DNA of 64,000 nucleotides from Perkinsus olseni (Eukaryota): NCBI GenBank assembly GCA_013115125.1, contig JABANN010000008.1, positions 1 to 64,000 of the forward strand, read 5' to 3'. Shown piece by piece: positions 25,551 to 38,300 of this stretch (position 1 is its first letter; each line of letters starts with the position of its first letter). The notes under the pieces were generated by a model. It saw only the letters and a program-made list of their open reading frames with translations, ran no database searches and was not told where the DNA came from. The position numbers and the translations under genes were made by a program.

Positions 25551-28396
25551 CTATTGATGAGGATGAAGGTCGCCACTGAATTGATCCATCTCCCGGTCTC
25601 CAAGGGCGCATTGTTCTGTCAAATTCTCCTTCTCGGTGTCGCTCATAGCAACAACGCGTCGTCGATTCTCACGATGGCCGAGCCAGAAGTCCAAACAATT
25701 GGTTTTTACTCCCTGAATACGAGCATGGCACATGCGAGATTCGGGAACATCGAGACAGGCGTTCGAATGAACCTCACCTTGTCGAAAGGATTCCTGAATT
25801 CTCTGTGAACTCTTCCCCGCCCCTCCTCAGGATCGACGCCGGACAGTCCGCCCGTGGCCATCATCCGCCAGAAGTGACCATATCTGACCAGTGGCGACCC
25901 CTGGCACCCTTCTCAGTGAGACTTGCTCAGCAGAGCGCTAGCTTGCTCTGCAAGACTACCTATGGAAGTTGATCATCTCGTTGGTATACATGTTCTTAGC
26001 AACAACTCGGCACTGGAAGAAGATGATGAAGGCCTCCCAAGGGAGTGTCATAACTTCCACTATGAACACAATCAACAGCAACGGCTGTCTGCCCACCACG
26101 AAGGTGATCCAGCCCCACCAACCTGAACCAAGCGATGGTGCTCCCAACACGTCAAGGACTATGCCGAGATCTCAGCCTTACCAGAGTAATCTGTCTTCAT
26201 GGCATCGGGTATCCTGCCCAAGCACTGCCATGCCACTATAATGTGGAAAAGTTGGATGAGAAATTCCGCCACACAGAAGACTATGAACAGTCGCTGGTTA
26301 CCACCACCGACACAGTTGTTGAGCCATGTGCAGTGATGATCGAAGTCGTCTACACAACAGTCGCACATCTGACAAAAAACCAGCTCTCCGGATACAGACG
26401 GGGATCCGTTCACTGTGAGAGGCTCCTCAGCACGAGGACTCTTCCATCGACTTGACGGCAGGCGGATCAGAACGACTGACGGGTGCTTACGGGGCAGTGC
26501 TTCGTCCGGAGTCCTTTCCAGATCCAGCAGGTATGGCACACTCGAGAGGGGTCCATATTAGCAACATGCTGCCCTGAAATCGCTGACAGGTCATGACCCA
26601 TGACGCTGTCGAAAGTCTCTCTCCGGAAGGCAAAGGCAACTATCTGAGAAGAACAACCGTCGCTTCGCTACAGCAGGTGATATGGAACCCTACCTTTTCA
26701 GAAAGCTCCTCTACCGCGGAGTGCCCTCTAGCCCGTTTGGGACGCCTTCCAGGGTCGCCGAAAACTAGTACTGCAAACATTACTAAACATACTGGGGCCA
26801 GGACCTGCAGTGCGAGAGCTCGCCCGGTCGTTGCCGCTGTCAGTCACCTCAGCTATGATGTATGACACGGGTGCCAGGTCGTAACCGAGGGGACGGATGT
26901 CGAGGAAAAAGGAGGAAATCCATAGGAGGGCGACTAGGGCATAGAAGCCAGGGAAGACCCACAAGGACTGAGCGGAAGGAGGACGTAGTCATATTGGGAA
27001 GAGTGCTTCGCTCCACCTGTTTGTCGCCGAGCAGTGACATCCACCACGGCACTCGAGCCTCCTTCGCGATGAGCTCATCATCGAGGGCCGCCCTGGGAGG
27101 CATATGGGAGTGGCCCTCTTCCATATCGTTCTGAATGACCTCCTGAAGGGCACAACATAAGCGGTGGAGCAACTTGCCGAGGCTGACCTACCGGCGTGGC
27201 GGAGCTGAGCCCGCTAGCTCTGACGGTGAGTTCATTGGCCTCCTCCAGCTGTCGGTACCCTCGTCTCTGTTTACTCTTGTGCTTCACGATGGATTTTAGA
27301 ATCGAATTGGCAAGGAAGTTGTTTTTCTGAAGAGGATGTCCTTTCGATCCTCCCAGCGGCACTCTTCCCCCACCTGCTTCCTCGCGATGTCGAGCGGTGT
27401 CTCATCATTGTTGTTTTTAGCCAGTGGGTTGCAACCCTTGCCAATCAGGAAGTCGCATGCCTGATCAAAACTACTCCCATTCTCGCTCGCAGCCCTGAGT
27501 TGCTGACGCCCCGAAATCTGAGCCTGGCGTCGAAGGTCGGTTACAGTACGACGGGACGTTGTAGCACGATCATGACGGTGGGAGGTGTCGTTGGAAGGAT
27601 CCATATGCAGCCTTCAGTATTGTAGAGGACAGAGGAGGAGTGAGCTCACCTCAGGCCATTGGGAGATAGTCGCTCGGTGTAGGGGGGTCATGCCCTGGTT
27701 ATCTTGTTCGTCCAGGGGCAGGCCGAAGTAGTCCAAGTAGCGCAGGATGTTCACATACCCCTGAGGAGGCGATGTCGAGGAGGTACGGAGGAGAGGTAGC
27801 CCCACCTTGTAGGCAGCCCAGTGAGCCGCCGAGCACCCGGTTTGATCACGCTGGTCTAGGAAAGGGCTGAGGTCACCCTGCTGATGGCACCAATAATGGA
27901 GCAACAACAAGGCCAACAGCTGGTTGTGCTGCGATGCTAGTACCACACTATTGGCCTGACATAGGTAACATGGGAAGGTAAAACAACGTTTATGACGATA
28001 CAGAAGATGCCGCTGGGTCGAGACTCTCGACTCGAGAGGAAGTAGACCTCGAAGACCAAAGCTAGGGCTGATGAATCACAGTCTGGCGGACAGTTAGTGG
28101 CGATACAGAAAGATTGTCCTAGCTCACGTAACTCGCTACAGTTGAGCGGGAGAAATGGTAAGCCCCATCACGATGATGCTTGGGAATTACTTTGAGGGAG
28201 TCGGCCGCGGCGAGAGATGCCCCTCTGGCGTAGAGGGACGCCATGCTCCTGAGGTTGCCCTTGATGATGGCCCACATGAGCGGTGTTTGTAGGTTACTAG
28301 CCTTGGAATCTGGACCGACGAGGGTTTCGAAGTCGGGTAGGTTACAAAACGCTCTGTACAGGAAGAAAGATTCTCCTCCTCCGTCCGCTCCGCCAT
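25551..28396 (-). CDS. Ankyrin-repeat DHHC palmitoyltransferase (Akr1/TIP1-like, multi-exon)
   Basis: CQMCDCCVDDFDHHCTWLNNCVG, ankyrin motifs GCSAAHWAAYK, GMTPLHRA and ETPLDIA, plus TNEMIN and NPFDK. Confidence 0.92.
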
Positions 28397-28522
28397 TGAC
28401 CTACTCTATGAAATTGAAATCATCCACCAGCGCCGCCCAATGCAGCAGCGAGTGGCCCTCGTCGTCTCGAGTAGTCAATATCCTGCACAAGCCAACTTTA
28501 GAGTTCTCACAACACCAGCGGC

Positions 28523-29119
28523 TTACATGTGAGGATCCTCCTTCCACTGAGGCATGGCAACTATCTCCTTGAAGCAGGAAGTCCTCGCCAAGTAGAAGAG
28601 GCGGTCATGGTCCGATATCTCCTTCGCGGGTATTGCTGTGGCGATGGCTAAAGCACAAGAGGGGCTGCGACCACAGCGACGGTCAGCTTGCGAATGTGGC
28701 GAATCCTCGAGGGGGCGAATGATGCCGTCCGTCTTGGGAAGACCCTTCTCACCTGTCTTCAGTCCTGGGTCAGCATGCTCAGAGTCAATCACCTGCACGC
28801 TCTCTGACGGCACGACGATGACCTTATTCTTGGCAGCCCCTGCGGCCGGTGTGCCTAGAAAAGCGGAGCCGAGCTCTCAGCATCAATAATAAAATGGTAA
28901 TCTTAGTACGCTAGTGGCAAATATCACACTACCCAATCAGTAGCATTCATAGCAGTGGAACCACTGAGCGTGCCTACCGTCTTTCCTCTCCCTCGTTGAT
29001 GTCTCTACTGGAGAATCTTCGCGCTGCGTTGCGTCATCGGCGGTTCCCTCTGGTGGCTTTGAAGGCAACGGTGGCAAAACCGTATCTCCTATACTGTCTA
29101 ATGGTGACTCGTCATCCAT
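28523..29119 (-). CDS. Hypothetical low-complexity protein (2 exons)
   Basis: MDDESPLDSIGDTVLPPLPSK... exon followed by ORF 28523-28813. No family recognised. Confidence 0.35.
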
Positions 29120-29283
29120 TCTCTTCCTGGGGGTTCTCTTCACAAAATCTACACGCTTGCAGACTCTGGCCGGCGCCAACTTCAACACGACGATCAGGGA
29201 GAAATGTGGTAGAAACGTTCAAGTTGATGATGGTAAATACGTGTGGAACAGACGTTAGCGACTTGATCTCGCCCAGCCGGGAA

Positions 29284-32200
29284 CTAATCAGCTCGGTCCA
29301 GCCGCATGCGCTTCTTCTGCTGCTCTTGTCGCATCCCTTCCTTAACATACCTAACACTCGGGACCGTCACTGCGCCACGAAATTCGTGGCTCTGGCTGAC
29401 CTCTTCTTGCGGTTCTCCTTGGCGTTGTCCTCTCGGATGACTTCAACTTCATGCTGGGCCGCCTTCTTTTTCGCCCACCTTCTCTCATTCGCCTACAGAC
29501 GGACTTCACAATTCATCCACAGTGACTCTATCCCTCACCTCCCTGCGCTGCTTCGTTCGCTGTTGACGAATAGTGTACAGCCTCTGGAGTAGGGAAGCCA
29601 CCTGAAAGGGACAGACGATAATAGGAATCAAAGCTTGCCCTGATGATAATCGCAATCACAATCGAGTTGGCCTACGTCCTTCTCCTCTTTACTGCGAACA
29701 ACAGCAGCCTTCTTGTCGAGCTTGGTCTTCTCCTTAGCCTCTTGTACCTGAGAATAGACGACTGAATATCGCCAGGGGTACTCCGACCCATCAGCCTACC
29801 TTGGCCTTGCTCTTGAATGGCAGCTGCTTCTTAAGGGAGTCCGGTATGTTCAACGGCGTGGATCTGAAAAGTGCCCTTGCCGAGGATCGATCCGGAGACC
29901 TTTCGCTTACTTCCTATCGACTCTCTCCTGTCTTCCCTGTCCATAACTAGAGTCTAACTTGTTCGGTATCGGCGTGTTGGTAGCCCTTCGTAGCTCCGCA
30001 ATGGTCCTCATCCGTCGCCACTCCGGTACGTCCAACATCGGGTTGTAGAACTTCGGCAAAGGCACGTTAACCCAGGCCTTCAGCATCACCAAGTCCGACA
30101 TCTTGATCTTATCCTCGAACCCCGCACGGAAGTCGCCATTGGCCTTATGCGCCTTCTTGATCTCACCACGAATACCCGACACCGTCTGGATCTTAGCCCC
30201 GATGCACTTGGAGACCTCCAAATCGGAGTTAAACATACCTGAGGGAGAGAAGGTAGAAGGGCGGCCATGGATCCTCAATGACTCACCCTTGATGAAGGCG
30301 GTATTTTTGAAGACCTTCGTGGGCTCTCCTACCAGCTTCAGTTTCTTAACAATGTCAAATTTTTCGGCCGATTCCATCACCTACACGCCCGACCGGCACT
30401 ATCAGACGGATGACTACGGAGACCAGCCTCACCTGGCCTGTAAGAGCGACCCTGTAGCTGGGCACGGCCTTCCAGTTACGGATAGCCAAGACTCCTGTAT
30501 TAGGGGCTATACTAGGACCGTATACCGTAGCGAGGCAATGCATGTGCTCCGGGGTGTATCTATAGCAGAGGAAGACCTCCATACTCCTTCAGTACTCTCC
30601 CAAGGCATCACGAATGGAGTGAGCATCATAGAGCATGCGAAATCGGGCATCAGACCAGACACTGTCTCTGTCGCTTTCTCATTTAGCGTTTCATTTCTAT
30701 TCGAGAGCTTTCGAATGACGAGAATTCCGAGTACACCAGCGACGCAGCAGCATGACTTCTAATCGCTTCTCATATTCAGGATTCATATCAGAATGCGAAG
30801 ACAATATTTGTAAAAGTGTTAGAATCCCGAATAGAGAGGTTATTGACGGATCAGAGGCGGCCAGCCGGGAATATCTTTGTACTCTATCTAACACCACCAT
30901 GAGCTTACTTCAACATCCTAATACGACTATGATTCCTGTCCTCCAAAGCATAGACTGGCAGGCCTTGGAATCTCCTCCACCCAACCGAAAACAGCAGCAC
31001 GTCCCGCGTCTTGAGAATCTTTGGATGCCACCGATGTCGCTTGACCTGAAGAACGAGCCCACTGCAACCATTGTGAAGCTGTTGCTGCTGCCTACCCTCA
31101 TCTGGATGAAGCCCATCTTAATCTCGCTAGGAAGCAATGAGCCCAAAATCAACGGCCACTTTCTCTCCTTCAGCGCGTCCACGGACTCCGCTGGCACGTT
31201 CTCGAACACCAGCTGGGGGAGGACGACGAACGTAGTGGTCTCCCTGCACGACCGAGTGGGCTTACCTTGGCGTACGTGCCGATGGCGAGAGTTCCATCAT
31301 CAGCACTGAAGTCCCGGACCTCGTCCAACTCCGATTTCGTAGCCACTACGCCCTTCAGCCGGGCAGTGTCCTGTTCGCCAGTCTATCCGCATGGACATCA
31401 ACTTCCGCTACTACCTCGTCCTCTTCCTCGTCAACAGCCCCCTTGGACTCCTCCATAGCCGCCTTCTCCTTAGCCTCAGCGTTGGCTTGGCGTTCAGCCT
31501 CCAGATCCATGCCGCCCTCAGCGCTAGTCGAGCCACCCTACCACAACCATAATCCAGCACTACTTCTACTTAAGGTACGATCGAGGTACCTTGATCTCCC
31601 CCTCAAGCTCTTTGGTGATGTTCTTAGCAACAAAGAACCTTCTGCATCTCAACTGCCTGATGTAGGCCTCAGATTCCACCAGCTGTTCTTCCTCATCGTC
31701 GTCGTCAGCAGACTGTGTTCTGCCGGCCAGGAAGGGCCCCCTCGGCCTTGATGTATCCACATCATCATCAACCTCGCCCTCCAAATCTTGCTCATCCTCG
31801 TCCTCGTCATCGAACAGCTGCACCTTCCCTTCCTCCTCGGGAGCCTTCTCTTTCTGAACAGGAAGGACGGAGCTATCCCGAGGGTCTCGCCCAGCTTGGC
31901 GCCCAAGAAAATCCTCCCATCACGAGCGCACTGCGTGCTGAATGTCATGTCCCCATGCGTAAGAGTGTAGATGAAACATAAGAATTGAAAGGCAGTACAC
32001 GAATGTTGATCGCACTCCTCTTGAGGCCTTGATAACACTGGTGGCCACAGCACACCCACTACCTTCTCCCTAGGCAGGCCAGCAGCACTACCATCTCCAT
32101 AGACAAGGACATCCCATTGAGCCGAAGTGAGGGCCGAGGAGGGGCCCTCATCATCATCTTCCTCATCTCCTGCTTCGAACCCCCGGGCCACAGCGTCAAG

Positions 32201-34559
32201 CTTGTCGGAGACCTCCAAGAATGGATTGACGTAGCCCCCCTCTTCCTCCTCCTCCTCCTCCTCCTCGTCATCATCAGATCGGTCCTTATCATCCTGAATG
32301 GAGATGCGGTACACCTTACTCTGATCCACGCGCTCCCACAAGCCATCGATGCCTCTGATATTTTCATGCTACTACGGCGACCACAATAGCTCGGCCCCAA
32401 TCATTCGACAGAGTCTATCCTACAGCGAGCTCGGCTCACACAGCCAGAAAATAGAGAAGGATTCTGAATAACTTCGCGCGAATGATTACAGTCCCGATGG
32501 CGCCCTGCTAACTGCTGCAGTACGATGCCCTCCTAATTCCACCAAACCGAGAGACACGAACGTGTAGCACCTCGTCCCAGTCCTCTTCTTCTTCCTCATC
32601 CTCGGCAAGACGTCTGGTAGGCGGGACTTGGGCCCCACCCGCCACCAACGGCATAGGTGCCTCTCTATCGTCGAGATCCAGATGGACATCCTGCAGTTCT
32701 CGGACCATCTTCACAGCCTCACTAGGGTCCATCTCTTCATCTTCCTCCTCATCATCACTCGACAACTCCCCATCAGGGCCCTCATCGTCGGTGGTTTCTG
32801 AGCGCAACCGAGCCAGTCCCAATCCAACCTCCTGGCCGCACTACTACCATCATCCGCATCTTCGTCTTCCTTCCTCGTGAAGCTCTCCTCAGCCTCTCTC
32901 GTGTTGATGTACATCGCTTCCGAGTCCACAGTTATGTGCTGGTGCTCACAGTAGGGCGCGTAGAGGTTCCTCTGCTTGTCACTTAGCGTCCTCAACGCCA
33001 GCCCCTTCATCTTAGGGTTTTGGTTAGTAGGAGGAGGGCAGGGATCCAGAGCCGCAGCCGCGGATGCCGCGGGGAAATCCCCAACCCCCGCTATGTGGAA
33101 GGCCTGGCCCTCAGTTCGCAGCCGGCACCCCGACACATAGCCATACAGCGCGAGCGTCCTGGTGTCGCTATTCGGGACGAGGGTCTGATCTTCCCACCGG
33201 TGAGCGACCATATAGGAGTGGTCTTGGCGCCATGACAAAGGCGCGAACTTTTGGATGGCGATGAACCTGAAGATGCAGGGTGACTGTGTTTCCGAGTGAG
33301 CAGCAAAGAAGGAGTACCTAGCCAGGTTGGTGACCTCGGTCTTGTTGTAGCGAGTGCCGCTGTACTGGATGCCGCTGAGGTAGAACATCTTGGCACCATC
33401 ATACAGTTCCGCCCAGAATCGTGCTTTGTATCGCTTCTTCATTTTACGGATGCCTAGGAGCGATACTGTAAGGTAATCCGGGCGAGGCGATACCTACTTT
33501 TCGACTCTTTGAACCCGTCCAGGTGTGTTAGGATGCCGAGTACTCGAGGGAAGCCATGGACCTGCGGAAGGCAAGATCAGGAAGAAGGAGGAGACAAGGT
33601 GTCGCCTACCTGCATGATGTTGATGAACTCGAAGGTCTCCATTTCGAAGCCTCTAACGGCGTCCACCATTAGTAAAACCTGAGAGGCCAGCAAGACGCTG
33701 CCGATGGCGCAACGCAGCTGCCGATCTACCAAGTCTGCCACTTTTGCCAAGTCTATCATGGCCCGCATGTCGTTAGCTGGACACTCTATGAACGTTAAAC
33801 GACGGTTGCGGCCAGATACCACTGTGATGGGGCCTGTGCGAAAGAGGTCAATCTCCTCCGGCGGTTCCCCTTTCAAATCCTCGTACCTTCTATGGTTGCG
33901 CCGAGTGTCGTCTTGGTGTAGTGCTTCACCAGACTTCGAATGAGCGTCGTCTTGCCGCAACCAGGTGGCCCCTGTACTACCACGACATATCTGCAGCAGC
34001 GGCGTCAATTTTGGACCCCTTCATAATCTGTACAGGTCCTTATCCGTTGCTTACGGTGGGGCTTCTACTCCCTCTGGACGCTTGTCCATCTTCTCTATTT
34101 TCTCCCTTTTAGCCTTCACATCGAGGCCTCTCTGCACACGGCGCTGGACACTGTGAATTCCACCAGAGAAGGTGAACGCTTTCGGATTGTGTCGTTCGAC
34201 ATTCGTCTTCTCTCTTTTCTTCTTAGCCTTCCCGCCTGCAGTAAATACTAGTTTTCTCCGATCATGCAAGGCGAGTCATAACAATTGCAATGCCTTCCTG
34301 CGTAGCATCATGCAAGGCCCACGACGAGATCATTGTGAGGGAAACGCTTAGAGTCCAATAGGCCCAGCCACGTCCAAGTATCGACAAGAAGAGAGAAATA
34401 ATTCGAGAAAGATCACGCAGGGACTGACACGCTTATCCGTCGACAAAAACACCGTATACGCATTGGCGGGTGCCCTGGTGAGCACTGGCGGCAGCCTTTA
34501 CTACCTGAAGTGGGCTTCCTATGCGCCTTGGCGGCTGATTGAGATCCTCCTCCGTCCAT
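29284..34559 (-). CDS. BMS1: Ribosome biogenesis GTPase BMS1 (multi-exon)
   Basis: HNPKAFTF, GPITVVSGRNRRLTFIECP, DLAKVADL, GFEMETFEF, RFWAELYDGAKMFYLSG, GWRRFQ, YTPEHMHC, IVKKLKLVGEP, GMFNSDLEV and TVSGIRGEIKK. Confidence 0.96.
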
Positions 34560-34775
34560 AAAGGCAGGAGAGAAACCAAACTGCAGAGGATGACCGATAG
34601 TGGAAGCGAGTGACGTCACCCTAGCGGTACAATGCTTGCGCACACCTACGGAGCTGGTAGGTGCTGGTTGTAATCATAAAAATCGACGCTGGTTGTAATC
34701 TTATTCCTAATGCTTGCGAGCGCGCAGGGCGCCCGGGGCGCGCGGCAAGAAGGGGTCCTCCCCACGGGTAGCATC

Positions 34776-34847
34776 GCCATCTTAGCTTAGTGGTAGAGCG
34801 TCTGCTTCGTAAGCAGAAGGTCGTCGGTTCAATCCCGGCAGGTGGCT
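34776..34847 (+). tRNA. tRNA-Thr (CGT)
   Basis: GCCATCT/AGGTGGC acceptor, D-arm GCTT-AGTGGTA-GAGC, anticodon arm TCTGC-TTCGTAA-GCAGA, T-arm GTCGG-TTCAATC-CCGGC. Confidence 0.93.
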
Positions 34848-35340
34848 TATTCCTCACTCTCCGAGCTCCAGATTTCCGGGCACGAAAAACATGCGTTGAG
34901 CGTTCGATGCATTCCGTATCCAGCAAGCACGAGTTCCGTTGTGATCCCAATGACGCTGCGCTTCATCCTCTGTTTCGCGTCCTTACAGTGCCGAATTTCA
35001 GGGCCGCTTTGACGCTGACACGTATTACGGGCTCGGCAGCCTTAAATAATAACAGTAGCGGACTCTCATAGACAACAACCACTTGCAGTTGTTCGATCTC
35101 TCCGAGTGTGTTGCCTTCCGACAACCCGCTCAAGCTGCTGCTGGCTTCACCTTCTTCGTGACTCCTACACGCCGAAGTGGAAACAACGACGAGTTCTATC
35201 TCCCGTTGGGTTCGCAAGCAATTAACCGAGAGATCATTTGATGGGCACGAAGGTGATGTTCCTTCCAACTAGCAGCCCCGCGGCTCCAGCTGCCGTGGAG
35301 CTTCGAGGGGACTACTTTCACGTTCAATAGAGACCCTCAG

Positions 35341-38300
35341 GTATCACCAGTGAACGGAATATCAAAAACCTCGACAATGACATATTCAAAGAGAAAATCT
35401 ATGCGAGCTACCCACTTTGAGGGCCGACGCTCCCTACTAGCGTAACTGGGCAGGTCCGGTCAGTGTGTCTTGGACGATTCATGGCTGATCAGGGTTCCGT
35501 TCTTCAAACGGAGACCGTGGGTGTTGCGAACGGCATCTCGAGCAGCACACTCTTTTACCTTCCAAACCATCATGAACATTGCTCTACTCATTGCACTGTT
35601 TCTGCCGGACTGTTGGGTGAGCCGTCGCTGATTATGCCCTTGCAAAGCTAACGCCTCTTCTCAGACTTTGTTCGACATCGAGAACAGCTACCAAGTCCTC
35701 GATCACATACTCATCGTTATATTCGTCCTTTTCGTTGTGGAAATGGTCGTCCTCTCACTGAGCACTCGCAAGTAGGGATCAACATGCCGACGCTTCGCCC
35801 GCAGAACGACCCTGGCAGATACTTGGGAGGATTCTTTTTCATTATGGACTTCATTGGAGCATTCTCATTATTCCTCGATATTTCTTGGGCCCTCGGTGAC
35901 AACGACCAGAGCCTAAAATGTGAGAATGCGTCATTCTCCCGGGGGCGGGCGGATCTTCCTTGCTGTCAGTCAATTCTGGTGTGGGCTCCAACGTCGTCCT
36001 TCTCCGTGCCGCCCGTACTACCAAACTCGGCGCACGAGCTGGACGGATAACTCGGATTATGAGGTTGCTCAAGTGGCTGCCTGGAGTCAGCAGTATCCAA
36101 GACGAGAGTGCTGGCACAGCCAAAGTACTCGAATACAACGTGCTCACAGGCAGGCCTGGTAGCGGTGCCCCTTCATCCTAGGTCCTCGGATCGCGGCTGA
36201 TCAACGCACTCTCTACTAGAGTTTCGATGCTGACGATTGGCCTGGTGATGGTCTTGCCGCTCTTTGACGTGATGAAGTAAGGCTCGGATGTCGCCATCAG
36301 TTTGGTCACCATCCGAATAGCAAAATAGACCGTGAATGAGAACTATTGTCGTGAAGGTATCCGGATGAAGACCATTCCATGCAAGCTTGGACCCAGCAGT
36401 TCGCCAGCCATATTCACATGTTCGGCGATAGCTACATTGGAGGAGGGTGGGCCGTCTCCATCGTCTAGGCTGCATAAAGTTGCTGCCGATGGGCAGGTCC
36501 TTCAACCAAACCGTTGCTGAGTTCCTCGATTTCTACGACTTCCGAGAATACAAGCCAGTGGCGCTGGTCATAGAGCACTCACCTGCTGGCCTAGTGTATG
36601 CGGAGACCTTCGCTGATCCACCGAATAGGATATCCAACGAGCTTTGGGTCACGAGTTACGGTTACGTTGGTACGAAGGTGCAGGCCATGTTCGACTTTAC
36701 TTCGGTCAGTAAGACAGAAGCCGGCATGAACATAGCTTTAGTGGTGAGAAATACCGCCCGTGGGATTCGATCCTGGGACATCTCACGTTCCCAGGTAACG
36801 GTCATTATCGTTATGTTACTCTCGGCAACCCTGCTTAGTAACAGCGTATCGCAAATAGTGAGTGGCTGTGTTTCTAGCTGCGCTGCGCCACGAAGTTGTC
36901 GCACCTTGATAGGTGTTGTCGCCGCTGGAGGGGCTATTCTGTCGGGTCAGAGACATGGCCAAGAATATCTTCAAAACGGTCAGTCAGATTAGCAAGGTCG
37001 CCGTGGAAGAGGTGGGCAGGAAGGAAAGATACTCTTTGCTGTGCGCGCGTATCTTTGTCGTTGTAGCGACAAGAGGATGAGAAAGCTGTGAATATTGATT
37101 ACAACGATGAGGATCTAGAGGACTCAGGAGCGTTCATGAGCGAGGCATCGGTGGGAAAATGGCTGTAGCCGGGATCGAACCAGGGACCTGTCCACCCGCC
37201 CTAGGTCCTTGAAGCTGTGGTAGAAAAGCTGGCAGTCCTGTCGGAAATGTTCGTCGCGAAACAACCCGTGGATGAGGAGGCCATGAAGAACCTCGGATCA
37301 GACGATCTTGCCGTTTTGGATATGATCACCCAGAACCAGGTGTCCCGGAAGAATGCTCTCGCGTTCGTCATCATCGGCGGCGCTGTTGTCAGGCGCGGAA
37401 AGCGAGCTTGGATAAGGAGGGACTTGCCGCGAAGATTAGACGAAGTAAAAACGGAATCTCCCCTCTCTAATGGAAGGGCTTGTATTGGTATCACTTATAG
37501 GGACAACAAATCTACAAACCTTCGTGGCTGATCTGGAGAAGGCTGGATTGCTGGACTCCGCCCTAGCCGACAGTTGGCACTATGATGTCTTGGAACACAG
37601 TGATGAGCAGAATGATGCACTACTGAAGTCGGGCTAATTTCGTGGCGCGTGACGATGACATTCGATACTTCCTGCAGGTATATCTTTTTCGGATCGGAGC
37701 TCTCCTATTTCATTAACGGCTTAATCACATTGGATGTTTTCGAGGTGGTGCATCTGAAACTACCCCCTCCTCTTCGAGTGATGGCAAGTCTTCTTAGGTC
37801 TTCTTAGCGAGGGCTCGCCTGGCTTACTTGGACAACCCTTACCATAACTGGTATCATGCGGTTGACGTCACCCACACCGTATACAGGTCAGTGACGGGAT
37901 CTCTGTGGATTGGCTCGTACACGAATACTCGATCGAAGATTTCGTCCATAAATCCTGTTCGTCCACTGTTGTTGTCGATCAATGGCCGACTGTGAGGGCA
38001 GTACTCGTGGTCATACTCTAAGTGCGCGAGAATCTGTTCTTTCCTCGGGGCTCTCAGGATTGACTTTAGAAGGGACTGCTTGGGTGCAGTCTCTGCCTTT
38101 ATCGTCGTCCCTCTTAGGTACATGGCCCTCGCCAAGAGCGTGGCATTCCTCCAGCCGTTGGACTGTCTAGCGGTGCTGCTAGCAGCAGTGGTGCATGATA
38201 TCGGTCATCCAGGGGTAAACAATCCCTACCTGATCGAGACCGCCCACGAGCTGGCCCTTCGGTGATGATGGGTGGGCAGCGAGATCGAGGGCGGAGGTGG

